NCBI GenBank assembly: GCA_030390025.1
Contig: CM059425.1
Location: 162,938,001 to 163,002,000 of the forward strand
Origin: Squalus acanthias
Taxonomy: Eukaryota
Direction of reading: 5' to 3'
DNA: 64,000 bases
Shown: positions 23,833 through 36,795 of the stretch, one piece after another
How positions within the stretch are numbered: the stretch's first letter is position 1
Layout of the letters: the number at the start of each line of letters is the position of its first letter
Notes under the pieces: generated by a model
Databases searched by the model: none
Told to the model about the DNA's origin: nothing
Seen by the model: the letters and a program-made list of their open reading frames with translations, nothing else
Translations under genes and position numbers: made by a program

Positions 23833-24273
23833 AGGTGTCCGAAGGCCCCAAATACATATCATAATGAAGTTTTTCCCACCGAGGAGCTCAAGTTTCTTTT
23901 GCCCCCCGGTGCAGACCCAGCACAAAACCCAGCAGGGATGCAGAACCACAGCAGGGATGCAGAACCGGTGAAGGGTTCTCCCAATTTCCTGTTCCCCCCA
24001 GGGTTGTGCCTGTACCGCTGGCACAGATGTATTAAACTCTAGGCCCTTTGAAGTTACTGATAGTTCAAAATCTCCTCGCCTGGAGGTGGCCTGGTATCAC
24101 CTCCATCAGCATTTGCAGAACTGTATTTTTTTGATGAGGAAGGAGGCAGAATAGAACACTTTTCCCACTTTTATTATCCTGTATCAGCAACAAATGCTGC
24201 CAGGTCAGGTGAAGCACCAGCGTGAATTTCTTCACTTCGACATCTGCAGCTCTCACGGCCTGAGTCAGATTAT

Positions 24274-24898
24274 GGGGATGGAATTCCCCTCGTTTGCGCC
24301 TCCAGTGGGAAGCGCTAACAGGGCGCAAATGGCTTTTTGCCCCCCGAGGTGATAACCGCGCCTCCCGGGAAATTCCGTAGAAGCTTAGTGGTGGAGCTAG
24401 CGGGTATCGCCCCGATCTTCTGCGCCCGGAAATCATGACGTCATCTCCGGGCGCAGCGCCCCGGTAGCACCTCGGGAGAAAAATACCCCCTCGTGCCCCG
24501 CAGCAGCGCCGGGCGATGTTACCGACTGCTGCAGTGGTCGCAAACAGTGAGGCCGGCTGCTCGCAGGGCGCAACTTTAAAGGCGCGGTGGCCGGCCGACA
24601 TGAAAAATATCACCTGGCACTCACGCACCCCGGTGCTCCGGCAGATCCCCAAAAAAATGCAGAGCTCGCAGCGCGGAGCCTTTCCCTTTGCCACGCTGAG
24701 CACTTTGCCCCGGATCGGGACATTCCCCGCCTCTTGCGCTCCAAGAGGCAAGTGGAGCGCTTGATTTAGCTCCACTTCCCCCTTGGAGCAAAAAAATGAG
24801 AATTTCTCAAATGTTTGAAAAGGCTACCGCCTGGCACTAACTTTTCAAACATTTTTGACTTAGTGCCCCAAATGGCCCTCATGGGGAATTTTTCCCCC
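24274..24898. mobile_element. Non-autonomous Harbinger-type MITE
   Basis: TAT|GGGGATGGAATTCCCC ... GGGGAATTTTTCCCCC|TAC; CpG-rich; GCGCTAA motifs. Confidence 0.75.
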
Positions 24899-25369
24899 TA
24901 CGAATTTAATGGCAGTTATTCTCAAATTGGGGGCAATTGTGTGCTGTTGGTCAGTGCTCACCAGTACCTGGGGTGATACTACTCAGACACATTTCCCTTA
25001 CATCCAAGAGAGAATAGAAACTATGATCTTGTTCGTCAGACCTGGATTTGAACCCAGAACCCAAGCTAGGGTCTAATTTGCTGGACTACCAATTCCAATC
25101 GCAAGTACTATAGAATTTTCTGGGATCTAATGTTCCCCCTACCCCCAAAAGAAGATGCTGCATAATCGAGATAACTCCAACACTTAACACAGGAGTGAGT
25201 GGGTTCTAGTGAAGGAAAATGGATTCCTATGTTGATATTGGAATATTCATTGATTCCCACTGCTTTATCTCTGGAGGAGGTATTATGATAATTAATTCTT
25301 GTGCTTATATTAAATGTTAAAAACACTGTAATTAACAATTCTAACCAAATCAGAGCCACTAATTCAGCT

Positions 25370-26216
25370 GTGGACATTTTATGAGGCCTAGTGTTGCTAT
25401 CATTGCCTTCTGCAAGATCACATTCAAATATGAACAATTGGCAGGTGGCTGTCAGGTCTGCTTTTCATACAGATAAACATGCTCCAGAATTAGCGTCGAA
25501 CCCAAGTATAAAAAGACAGATGAGTAAGCAAATTACCCATTAATATAACATTAGAGCATGTGCTCGAATATATATGAACGAATGTGAACTCATTCTGCTA
25601 ATTAAATACTTTGAGGTATTTAATTATTTTAGTGTGAATATGAATGTGGACTCATTTATAAATAAAAGAATAGTACAATTTCAAGAGACTATATATAAAG
25701 TCAGTGCTATAAATTTGGCGTCTCCCATAGATACCTTCTATAGTTCAGTGGTGTCAGTAGCTCCCATAATTAGTCGAGTGCCTTACTTTTTCTGGAATTG
25801 ACTCATCCTGCCTGATATTTACTTGTACAATAGTGTAACCCAAGGTTGCAATAACAGTGTGCCTCTTGTGATCTGCTATTGATTTGCTATTGCTGACCAT
25901 AGATTAGATAACCATGTAAATTTTTCTCAGTTAACACAGAATTTGACTTAAGTTGTGCATCTAATGCCATCATTTAGCACCTGGATAAACTTGTTCCATG
26001 GTTTAAAAGCATTGCAATTTGACTGTATGTTTATAATTGGGCTCAAAGCTAATTCTGGAGCATGTTTACCTGGTAGGAAAAACAGCCCTGACAGTAACCT
26101 GCCAACTGTTCATATTTGAATGTGGCCTTGCTGAAGGCAACCATAGCAACACTAGACCTCTTAAAATGTCCACCTGGATATGTTTGTTCCATAGTTTAAA
26201 AAACATTGCAATTTGA
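25370..26216. repeat. ~150-bp imperfect inverted repeat (25370-25519 / 26023-26173); right arm flanked by a 45-bp direct repeat (25978-26022 / 26171-26216)
   Basis: Left GTGGACATTTTATGAGGCCTAGTGTTGCTAT...TAAACATGCTCCAGAATTAGC..; right ..GCTAATTCTGGAGCATGTTTA...ATAGCAACACTAGACCTCTTAAAATGTCCAC; direct repeat CACCTGGATA..TTGTTCCAT.GTTTAAAA.CATTGCAATTTGA. Confidence 0.9.
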
Positions 26217-27222
26217 ATTTGTTTAATCGTACAAATAATTAACATGCTATGCTTCCCCACATCAGTGGGTCATCTGGCTTAACTTGTGTCATTTCTGACT
26301 ACTCTCTCCTGCATTCCATCATTATCACAGCTCTTGCTGCCTGACTGCCTTGCAGCATTCTGTTTCAAAAAAACCTGATTGACTGCCACTCCACTGTGTC
26401 TCCGTGTTTTATCTCCATTTGTTCATAGACAGAGGTCAAAGACATTCCTACACAATTGGTGCGAGGTGTTTTCTTATCACCGAGACAAGCTAACAAATTG
26501 CTTATTATTTGCAGTCTTTGGGGGAAATAACTCCCATTAGCATATTAACCACATTTTGTCCAGGTACTTTTTATAAAATGAACTTATGAGAATATACTTT
26601 ACTTTAAAAATCCAACATTAAAGTAACTTTTCTCCTAATCCTTTTTGTGGAAAATGGTCCAAAAATCCCAAAAGATGACAGCTGAATAATACAATGATGC
26701 CACTTGTATGAGGGAATGGTTACTGTGATGCCTCACAGTACGAATTCTCAGTCGTGTTATTGGAGGTGGTTCGTTCATCCTACAAGAAGACGACAGCCAG
26801 AATATCATCCCATTTTCGGCAGTGAGTTCTTTGATGACTGATGAGCCTAATTTTTGCTAGAAATGAGCGACCTCAGAGTTAATAGTGGATCCGGATACAG
26901 CAGGTTGGGAATTTTGTTTTTTCAGATGAGATTTCCTCAGCTAAGCCGGCATTTTTACCTTCGGGTTGGGTGTGTGCGGGCAGCCTAGCAGGTCGGGAAC
27001 GTGATATTCTGAGCAACGTGTTGCTCAGAGCGACTTTTAAGTAATGGCCCCAATTGAAGGACTCATGCGCGTTTCCCGGCCCTATTAAATGGTACAGGTC
27101 TTATGATGTCATCGATGACTCGATTCCAGTGCCGATATTTAAAGCAGCCATGCACTCAACTTTGCTAGAGGAGTGTGGAAGTTAACAATGAAAGTCCACA
27201 GTACTGTTATAAATTTGGAAGG

Positions 27223-28760
27223 ATGGATAGCCAAATGCAGAGGGCTGCCCCACGCTTCTCAGATTCATCGCTGCATACTCTGGTGGAGGCTGTCAGAGCA
27301 GGCAGGGAGGTCCTCTTCCCTGCTGATAGGCAAAGGAGACCTCCACAAGAAACAAAAAGAGCCTGGCTGGATATTGCTGAGGAGGACCTGGATACAGTGC
27401 AGGAAATGCTTCAATGATCTCATGAGGTCAGGAAAGGTGAGTGCAATGTCACACTCACCTTCATCCTGATGTGCCTGTCAACACATCCCCATCACTCTGT
27501 CTTCCCAAGCCTACACCTGCACATCATTCCTCATATCAACATACCTTCCAGGTCCACCCATCCCTCTCTGTCTATGTACATACTCACATCCCCATCTGAC
27601 TAACGACCCCTCACACTCACCCTCATCCTAATGCAATCATAGCAAGTAACACCACAGAAGGAGGCCATTTGGCATTGGCACCCCACTCCCTCATAGTCAC
27701 CCTCTACAGATGTAACCCATCCATTCCTTACACTCATTCCATCACTCTCACCCAAACTTCTCTTCTTTCCCTCCTTGCAGGAGAAAAGAGCCCAGAACAA
27801 CAGAAAGAGGGAGAGAACCGCAGTCTTCGCACACCTAACAGCAGCGGAGGTGGGGACTCTGGAGATCTCGGGAGCTCGAGAGGCACTGGCAGTGGGAGAC
27901 AGAGCGAGGGGGGCATCCCAGCAACCTGGTGATAGAATCACATCTCATAAACCACATGGCATACAGCAGTTACTCATATGGTGACTGATGTCAGCAGCCA
28001 GTAAAATGTCATCATGTGCACAATGGTAACGTTACCCATTCTTATAATAACACTTCTAATTCATCTCTTTACTCTCCCACAGGTCCATCAACTGCACCCC
28101 CCCCCCCCCAACCACCACTATCCAAGCTCCAAGCTCGGCTGAGCTGCATGCAGACGCTGAGTCTCGGGGGCCATCGAGAAAGAGGGTGATCTTGGAGGGG
28201 CAGCAACAATTGCATGAGGGTCTGGCATCTTTTGCAGCTGCAATGTCTGCAAATGTTCAGAGAATGGAGGAGTCCATCTCCAACATGAGCACCAGCATGT
28301 CGCAGGCGATCGCAACGATGTGCTGTTCCATAGAAAGGATGGCCACCTGCATGGAGTAGCAAATGCGCCAGTCACATGAGCACATGCTAGCTGAGACCTC
28401 CTCTCAAGGAGGGATGTAAACGTAGACTCGGGTCCTTGCTAGCAGGGAAGTGCGGGTGGCCCATGAGAGGGATGATGCTGAGAGGGGACATGGAAGTGAG
28501 GGATCTTATCAAAGCGCTCATACTTCTCCCCCGTTGTCTCCCCTCAGTCAGAGCCCCACATGCTTCCTCAGATCCTGATGGCTGAGTCTGCCCCTGCACA
28601 GTCGCAGGAGGAGCAGTCTTTGGCGGGGTCCTTACAGGCTCCAAAACCCAGAGGACGCCAGCCAAAAGTGTCTGACGAGTCACAGCAGGGAAGTGAGCAG
28701 CCAGCTGAAGCCACAAGGGTTGCGCCTCGTTGAAACATTCAGAAAAGAAAAATGACACAA
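27223..28760 (+). pseudogene. Harbinger Myb/SANT-like gene, disrupted (3 exons: ~27223-27436, 27781-~27927, ~28083-28760)
   Basis: MDSQMQRAAPRFSDSSLHTLVEAV..EVLFP..W..IAEE, then frameshift to WIQCRKCFNDL; AAG|GTGAGT donor and CCTTGCAG acceptor at the same positions as in the intact copy. Confidence 0.75.
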
Positions 28761-28977
28761 AAGTAGATGCACAAGGGTATGCAAATGGGTGTATCAAAAA
28801 ATGCTAGTGCTAAGTTTCAGTTATTTTGATGACACACATAAATGGTTTTCTTTGCACCGCTTTCAGGTCTTGTCCAGTTTTGACTTAAAACTTGGAAGTG
28901 GCTTTGTCACTTGGAGTGAATGGTGACACATTATTTAACCTCGAGCATTGGGGCTTTGGGTGAGAGGAATGGCTTGG

Positions 28978-30278
28978 TCATTGTAGGGATGCTTTATGGT
29001 GTTGTTGGTGGGGGAACCTAGTACAGCATGTGGCAGGCATGTGGATGCATTGGAGCAAGTTAAGTAAATCCGGCCATGATGATGCCCTCCAGGCCTCCCG
29101 GGCAGCAATGTGCACCGCTGCTGGTGCCATCTGCACCTCACGTTCCTCTTCCTCCTCATCTTCCACCTGCTCGTCCTCCTACTCCTCCTCCTCTGAAGAG
29201 GCCATGTGCTGTGCACCATGCTCCTCCTGCAGCTCCAATCCTCGTTGCTGTGCTATGTTGTGCAGCATGCAGCAGACGACAATGATTCTGGAGACCCTGG
29301 CTGGTGCGTACTGAAGGGCTCCTCCAGATCTGTCAAGGCATTTGAAGCGCATTTTCAGCACGCCTACTGCTTGCTCTATGACACATCTGGTGGACATGTG
29401 GCTCTCATTATAACGCTCCTCGGCCTCAGTACTTGGCCTCCTCATGGATGTCATGAGCCACGTCTTCAGTGGCTCCAAGCAGCCAGCCGGTAAGTCTGTT
29501 TGGAGGTGCGAAGAGCTGAGGGAGGGTGGACTGGTGCAGAATGAGTCATGAGAGCTGCTAGGGAATCTGGTGCACACATGCATAATCATCTTTTTATGGT
29601 TGCAGACGAGCTGCACACTGAGGGAGTGGAAGCCCTTGCGGTTCACAAACACTCCTGGGTGATGATGGGGTGCCTTCATGGCTACATTTGTGCAGTTGTT
29701 GATGCCCTGCACCTGTGGGAAGTCAGCCAGAGCCACAAAATCAAGCACCCGCTCAGTAACACTGGCCTCATCAGTGGCAAAGTTGATATAATTGGCTGAC
29801 TTGTCAAACATGGCATTGGTCACTTGGGTAATGCATCTGTGGGCGGCCAACTACGAGATCCTGCAAATGTCTGCAGCAGATCCCTGGAAGGAGCTTGAGA
29901 TGAAGAAGTTGAGGGTAGTGGTGACTTTGACAGCCACTAGTAGGGAGTGTCCACCAGGACCTCTGGGTAGCAGGTCTTGTTCCAGCAAGCTACAAATGTC
30001 TGTGACGACCTGGCTCAAAAGCCTGAGCCTCCTGAAGCACTGCTGCTCAGTCATGTTGAGGAAGCTCATCCTCTGCCTGTAAACCCTGTGTTGGGGGTAT
30101 CACCTCTGGCATGCTGCAGCCCTGTGATGCCCCCTCTCTCCTGTGGAGCATCAGGTCGTTGAGAAGAAGGCTGCTGTTGTGGTTGCTGCTGCTGCTGGTG
30201 TGGCTGCTGTTGTTGGTGGTGGGGCTCATCTTGGTCCGATTCTGAGGACCAAGGTGAGACAGTATAAGTGGCACCCAT
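28978..30278 (-). pseudogene. Harbinger (HARBI1-like) DDE transposase, frameshifted
   Basis: ORF pieces 30066..30278, 29851..30069 and 29179..29850: [49 protein letters not shown], acidic tail. Confidence 0.9.
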
Positions 30279-30869
30279 GCTGATGTAGTAGATGGCATGT
30301 AAAGTGGAGATCAGAGGGTCAATCCCTCAATGTTGTGATAGTGAGTAGCAAGGTGGTGAGAGTGGCTTCCGAGGTTTCAAAAATGACCTGCAAGCTGCTG
30401 ACACCCAAATCTGTGGACAAGATGAAGTGAGCAAGAGCCTTTCCATGAGGCAATTAATGAGGTGTAATGTTGCAGTATTTATGTGCTTTTCCCAGCTGTC
30501 AATGAATGATCTCATCAATGGCCACTGAGCTTCCGCCTCCCTTTCACAGGCGAGGTACCCGACCTCCGTGAATCCCATGCTCCTGCAGTAAAACTCAGAA
30601 GCTGGCATTAAAATCACTTAAGGGTCTCTCAACAGGCATTTAATGATTTCAATGAGGTCGCCCACCTCTGCCTATCGGGTCCGTGTTGCGCCTTCAAAGC
30701 CGCCCGAGTTAAATGAGGGAGGCGGTGGGATCCCGACGTGCTCGCTATTTCAGGGATTTTTTACTGCTGACCTGCACCCACGCACAGCAATGGGAAAATT
30801 CCAGCCCTAGCATTTACATTCAGCATCAACAATATGACGGGCTTCACAGTAGGAGGTGTCTTCATGAAT

Positions 30870-31780
30870 GAATTTTCGTCATGTTTTCTTATCTTGAGTA
30901 AGTTGAACGTCTATGTTGCACTCTTTCAGAGTCACTTTTAAGCAGTCTTTGTATCTCTTTTGCTGTCGATCATGGGATCGCTTCCCAGTTGTCAATGCGC
31001 CGTAAAAGATCGGGATTCGTTCATCAGACATTCGCACCACATGACCTGACCAGCATAACCGTGCCTTGATGATCAGAGCATCTATGCTTGGCATGCAAGC
31101 TTTGTTTAACAACTTCGGTGTCAGGGATCTTGTCATGCCATCTGATCTTCATTAGTTGTCTCAGGCAGCTTAGGTGAGAGTGATTCAGTTTCTTAATGTG
31201 GCATACGTGTGTTGTCCAAGTTTCCCAGGCATAAAGCAGAGTCGTCAGAACGACAGCCCTGTATACATTGAGCTTAGTCTGCAGGCTGATGCTTCTCTGG
31301 TCCCAAAGGTGCTAATAGAGTTTGCCAAAGCAAAGCTGGCTTTGGTGATTCTGCAGGATGCTTCTGTGTCTGTATTGATGTGGATTTCTCTCGACAGGGT
31401 GCTACCCAGGTAGGCGAATCTGACCATAACCTGAAGCATGTGATCACCAATAGGTGGAGTGTGATGCTTGCCTAGGGCTGGTTGGAAGAGTATCAGCGTC
31501 TTTTTAAGGCTGATAGTCATGCCAAATTGCAGGCAAACTTTTGCAGAGTGGTTCATGATTGTTTGCATATCATCCTTGGAATGTGTCAGCAAATAGGAGT
31601 TCACAAACAAGTTCTTCCAGCGCCTTTGTTTTAGCTTGTAGTCTGTCCAATGTTCAGTACCTCTCATTGCTTTGGTGATCTTGACAATGTTGATATCCTT
31701 TTTTCCTGACTAAGAAGTCATCAATCAAATGCCAGTGTTTGAAGCAAGGGTGTCTTGTTCTTATTCGGCAGCCAGATGAC
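30870..31780 (-). mobile_element. RTE-clade (BovB-like) LINE fragment, decayed
   Basis: FGMTISLKKT.., FAYLGSTLS...RITKASFA; RLCWSGHVVRMSDERIP..YG.L..GKRS...QQKRYKD.LK. Confidence 0.8.
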
Positions 31781-32799
31781 AGTGTTGGTGATGATAAGAC
31801 TGTTTTCAGGCATTTCCTTAGGAACAGAAGGTTGTTGCTGTTGTAATTTTCACTTTAAGTAGATGCTAGCTGGAGGCCAGACACTTTTCCACACTTCTGG
31901 GCACTAAACTACAAGGCAACAGTAATCAGCATCCTAGCAGGTCATCTGCCTAACCTTTCAGCTAGATGGGTCACCCAGAAACACCTAAGGAACCAAACAA
32001 GGGAGAAAAATACAGGGTGCTCCAGCAATGAAAAGCATTCTGTAAATAGCTCTAATGCTGTCATGCGATGTAAACAAATCATCTAAATTTCCATAAATAA
32101 ATACCAAACCAGAGTGCACAACATGTACAAATCCGAACGTAGGTTCATAGTTAGTAAATTTAGTGTAAGGTAGAATCATCAGGTTCCTATGGTTCCAGTC
32201 AGCTGGGAGGTTTTTAGGAACATAAATAGGTCCCTCCTCAATATAAATTTAGTGTGGCAGAAGGCAGATTGAAGAACCACAATTAAGAAAAAGAAAATAA
32301 AAACTTATAGAAGCTTATAAATACAGCGTGGAAACCTAAAAGAGGGAAACAGGACAAACAGAGACTGAACGCAGAGAAAGGAATTCAGGTGCAGATGTTG
32401 AATAAAGAAAATGGGGCCACGAAATTGGCACCTTAGCGCTGGTAATTATGGTCGTTTTTTGAAAAAAAAGTCGTCTGCCTCGGCTTCCGCCACTTCCGGT
32501 GCGGGCCGCGCTGTTCGCCATCTTGGTGAGGGCGATAATGCCGGCAGTATGCAGAGTAGGCAGATCGTGATGTCAGTCAGTGTGTAACGATAACTTGACA
32601 CGTGACCTGTCATTTGCGACATTGCCGCTCCATTCAATGCCCCCTCCTAAACTTGCACAGCTGAACACACTAGGGACCTCCCACCAGCGCTATTTAAAGG
32701 AATACATCCAACTTGCAGGTAAGTTGATTATTGCTTTTGTACTGGCTCTTGCAGAGTTTGTATGAATACTGGGTTGCTGGAAGACATTTAAAAAGTTGT

Positions 32800-34992
32800 T
32801 AAAGTGTGTTTCAAGAAAGTAGGTGAGCACATTGCAGATGCCCTAACTATAATCTTCCAAAGTTCTCTTGATTCAGAAACCATTCCTTTAGATTGGAAAA
32901 TTGCACATATCATTCTGCTATTTAAGAATGGTGAGAGGGGGAAACCAGGGAATTATAGACCAGTTAGCCTAATATCTGTTGTCAGGAAATTACTAGAGTT
33001 TACAATTGAGGATAGGGTGACTGAACACCTCGAAAATTTTCAGCTGATCAGAGAGACAGCATGGATTTGTAAAAGGTAGGTCATGCCTGACAAACCTGAT
33101 TGAATTTTCTGAAGAGATAACTAAAGTAGTGGACACGGGAATGTCTATGGATGTTATTTATATGGGCTTCCAGGAGGCATTTGATAAAGTCCCTCATAAG
33201 AGATTGTTAACTAAGGTTGAAGCCCATGGAATTGGAGGTAAATTATTGACCTGGTTAGGAAATTGGCTGAGCGGCATAAGAACATAAGAAATAGGAGCAG
33301 GAGTAGGCCATTTGGCCCTTCGAGCCTGCTCCGCCATTCAATAAGATCATGGGTGATCTTCTACCTCACCGCCACTTTCCTGCACTATCCCCATATCCTT
33401 TGATTCCCTTAATATTCAAAAATCTATTGATCTCTGTCTTGAATATACTCAACTACTGAGCCTCCACAGCCCTCTGGGGGTGTAGAGAATTCCAAAGATT
33501 CACCACCCTCTGAGTGAAGAAATCTCTCCGCATCTCAGTCCTAAATTGCCGACCCTTTATTCTAAGACTGTGACACCTGGTTCTAGACTCCCCAGCCAGG
33601 GGAAACGTCCTCCCTGCATCTACCCTGTCAAGTCCTGTAAGAATTTTGTATGTTTCAATGAGATCACCTCTCATTCTTCTAAACTCGAGAGAATATAGGC
33701 CCAGTCTACTCAATCTCTCCTCATAGGACAATCCCCCCAGCCCAGGAACCAGTCTGGTGAACCTTCATTGCACTCCCTCTATGGCAAGTATATCCTTCCT
33801 TAGGTAAGGAGACCAAAACTGTACACAATACTCCAGGTCTGATCTCACCAGGGCTCTATATAATTGCAGTAAGACGTCTTTACTCTTATACTCAAATCCT
33901 CTTGTAATAAAGGCCAACATACCATTTACTTTCCTAATTGCTTGCTGTAACTGCATGTTAACTTTCAGTGATTCTTGTACAAGGACACCCAGGTCCCTCT
34001 GAACACCAACATTTCTCAATCTCTCACCATTTAAAAAACTCTGCTTTTCTACTTTACCTACCAAAGTGGATAACTTCACATTTCTCCACATTATATTCCA
34101 TTTGCCATGTTCTTGCCCATTCACTTAGCCTGTCTATATCCCCAGGAGACAGAGAGTAGGGATAATAGGCAGGTACTCTAATTGGCAGGATATGATTAGT
34201 GGTGTCCCACAGGGATCTGTGTTGGGGCCTCAACTATTCACAGTATTTATTAACGACTTAGATGATGGGATAGAAAGCCACATATCCAAATTTGCCGATG
34301 ACACAAAGATAGGCGGCATTATAAGCAGTGTAGACGAAAGCATAAAATTACAAAAAGATATTGATAGATTAAGTGAATGGGCAAAACTGTGGCAAATGGA
34401 TTTCAATGTGGGCAATGTGAGGTGACCCACTTTTGACCCAAAAAGAATAAAATTGGGTACTTTCTAAATGGCGGAAAGCTAAAAACAGTGGAGGTCCAAA
34501 GAGACTTGGGGGTCCAGGTACATAGATCATTAAAATGTCATGAACAGGTACAGAAAATAATCAAAAAGGCTAATGGAATGCTGGCCTTTATATCTAGAGG
34601 ACTAGAATACAAGGGGGTAGAAGTCATGCTACAGCTGTACAAAACCCTGGTTAGACCACACCTGGAGTACTGTGAGCAGTTCTGGACACCACACCTTAGG
34701 AAGGATATATTGGCCTTGGAGGGAGTGCAGCGTAGGTTTACCAGAATGATACCCAGACACCAGGGGTTAAACTATGAGGAGAGATTACACAAACTAGGAT
34801 TGTACTCCCTGGAATTTAGAAGGTTAAGGGGTGATTTGATCGAAGTTTTCAAGATATTAAGAGGAACAGATAGGGTAGATAGAGAGAAACTATTTCTGCT
34901 GGTTGGAGAGTCTAGGACTAAGGGGCATAGACTAAAAATTAGAGCCAGACCTTTCAGGAGTGAAATTAGGAAACACTTCTAAACACAAAATG
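32800..34992 (+). mobile_element. CR1 RT fragment, interrupted by antisense CR1 33277-34143
   Basis: [45 protein letters not shown]..; family of 47348-51092. Confidence 0.9.
33277..34143 (-). mobile_element. CR1 3' fragment nested antisense in another CR1
   Basis: Host reads TGGCTGAGCGGCA|GGAGACAGAGAG across the insert; ORFs 33765..34124 and 33453..33731; (TTCTTATG)n tail. Confidence 0.9.
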
Positions 34993-36795
34993 GGACAGAA
35001 TCCCACCAGAATCAGGTTCTACTCTATTTTTCAGTTCCCCAACCGGACATCTGCTGGGTTTCCATCTTAGCCCCAACCAGAATTTTAGGCACGCATGAGT
35101 TTTTATTTTTCTGTCTCTTTGGATAGCAAACTTTAACGTTGATGGGGAGGGCTAGGGAGGTGGGAGGTCCTGTACAAACTAGACCCCAATGGTATCTGGG
35201 TACTATCTGACAAGCATTTTGTAATGTTATTATTCATAATTCATTTGCAATAAAATCAAATTAAAACATGCAATTATTTCAGAGATGCTGAAACAGGCTT
35301 GGAAATTTTAATGGCTTTATTTTTAGTTTGCTATAAATCTTTTGTACTTAGCTAACTTTTTGATGTGATAGTTTAGATGTTGAATTTAAACAATAAATAA
35401 CTAGATGTGAATCACTGGGTGACAATTTCTTTATGATTTAGGAAAACAGCAACCTTGTTGCAATATTTCTATATTGTGTCATTCAGCTCTTGACAGTACA
35501 TAGGAAAATTATTTAATACTGCATGGGAACAGTTTGTTAAAAGATCATGAAAAACTACTCTTTTTATAACAGATATATTCCCAAAAAATGTCTTATGAAG
35601 AATGTCCAAGATAGTAGGCTCTTGCAGCATTTGCTTTTACTTCGCTTTTAACTGCAGAATATTGGATTATTCAGTTTCTTTTACATATTGTTGCACAATC
35701 CCTATTCCCCAGACAAAAGGGTAGTCAGCACCCTGATTCCACTGTCAATTTTGTTGTTGTGTTAATGGAGGCATAAATTGCCTCACATGGTTCCCTCTGT
35801 AATTTTCTTTTTGCCTTTGTTGAGAAGCACCAGTATCTACTTATCCTCGATACCTTGTTTGATGACAGGAACCTGCCTAAGGCCTAGAACTCAGCATATG
35901 CAAAATGTAAAATGGCATCTTGCAATTCAGCACCGGTTCCTAGAAAGCCTATTGTAATCAGTAAAGGGTCTGATAATATTGAGGCTAAAATCACAACCTT
36001 GCAGATGTGCAGTAACGTCACTGATTGTAGACCTGGATTTTCTTTTTCTGACTTCCTGAAAACTCAATTTTGCAATACTAATCCAGCTGAAATTTTTTTT
36101 TTATTTTTTATACAGGATGGTTTTGCGCACTTTCATTCCTCCAACCCACCCCCCACCACCCACACCAACCCTACCCCGGTTATTAGTTTCATGTTAGTAA
36201 GCCTGAGACACAGACAAAGGACTCATACGTCCTGGTATCACCAGGTATTTCCAAATAAAACTGGTGCCAACTTTAACTATGGCCTGAGCAAAACTTTAGA
36301 CTAATGAATGTGTTGCTGTCCTCGAATAGATAAGCCAATGAGCTCGGAAGAATATTGAACAAACATAATAACATCAGAAAGGATGTCTTATTGTGATTTA
36401 AGCAAGGGGTAGAAGAAAGGGGTGCAACACAACATTAGGGGGTAGAAATTAGGTCGCGCCCCATTTGGGGCGCAAATATCGTCCGGACGCAAATATTAGC
36501 GCCTGGCGCTAATTATCGGCACTGACAGGAAACTTCACTTTTACCGCCCCGGGAGGTGAGTGGAGCGCTAAAGCAGGCGCGGCACACCTGTCTTAAGGCG
36601 CAAAGGCCAAGGAGTGAGGCGCTAACTCAGCGCACGAGCGCAGCGCAGCTGCTGCCAGTTAGCGAGGGAACACAGACACACTGGCGCCGGACACTTCTTA
36701 AAGCGGGGGGGGCCACTTGCTCCCCAGCCACACCCTGCTCATTGCAGCCTTGAATCTCAGCCTGGAGAGACCTGTAATCCATTTTGCTGCCAAGC

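Larger units (their letters stand above)
26945..30807. mobile_element. Full-length but decayed two-gene Harbinger (second subfamily)
   Basis: Convergent Myb-like (plus) and transposase (minus) pseudogenes; right terminus AAAATTCCAGCCC|TAG; left terminus degenerate and approximate. Confidence 0.85.
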
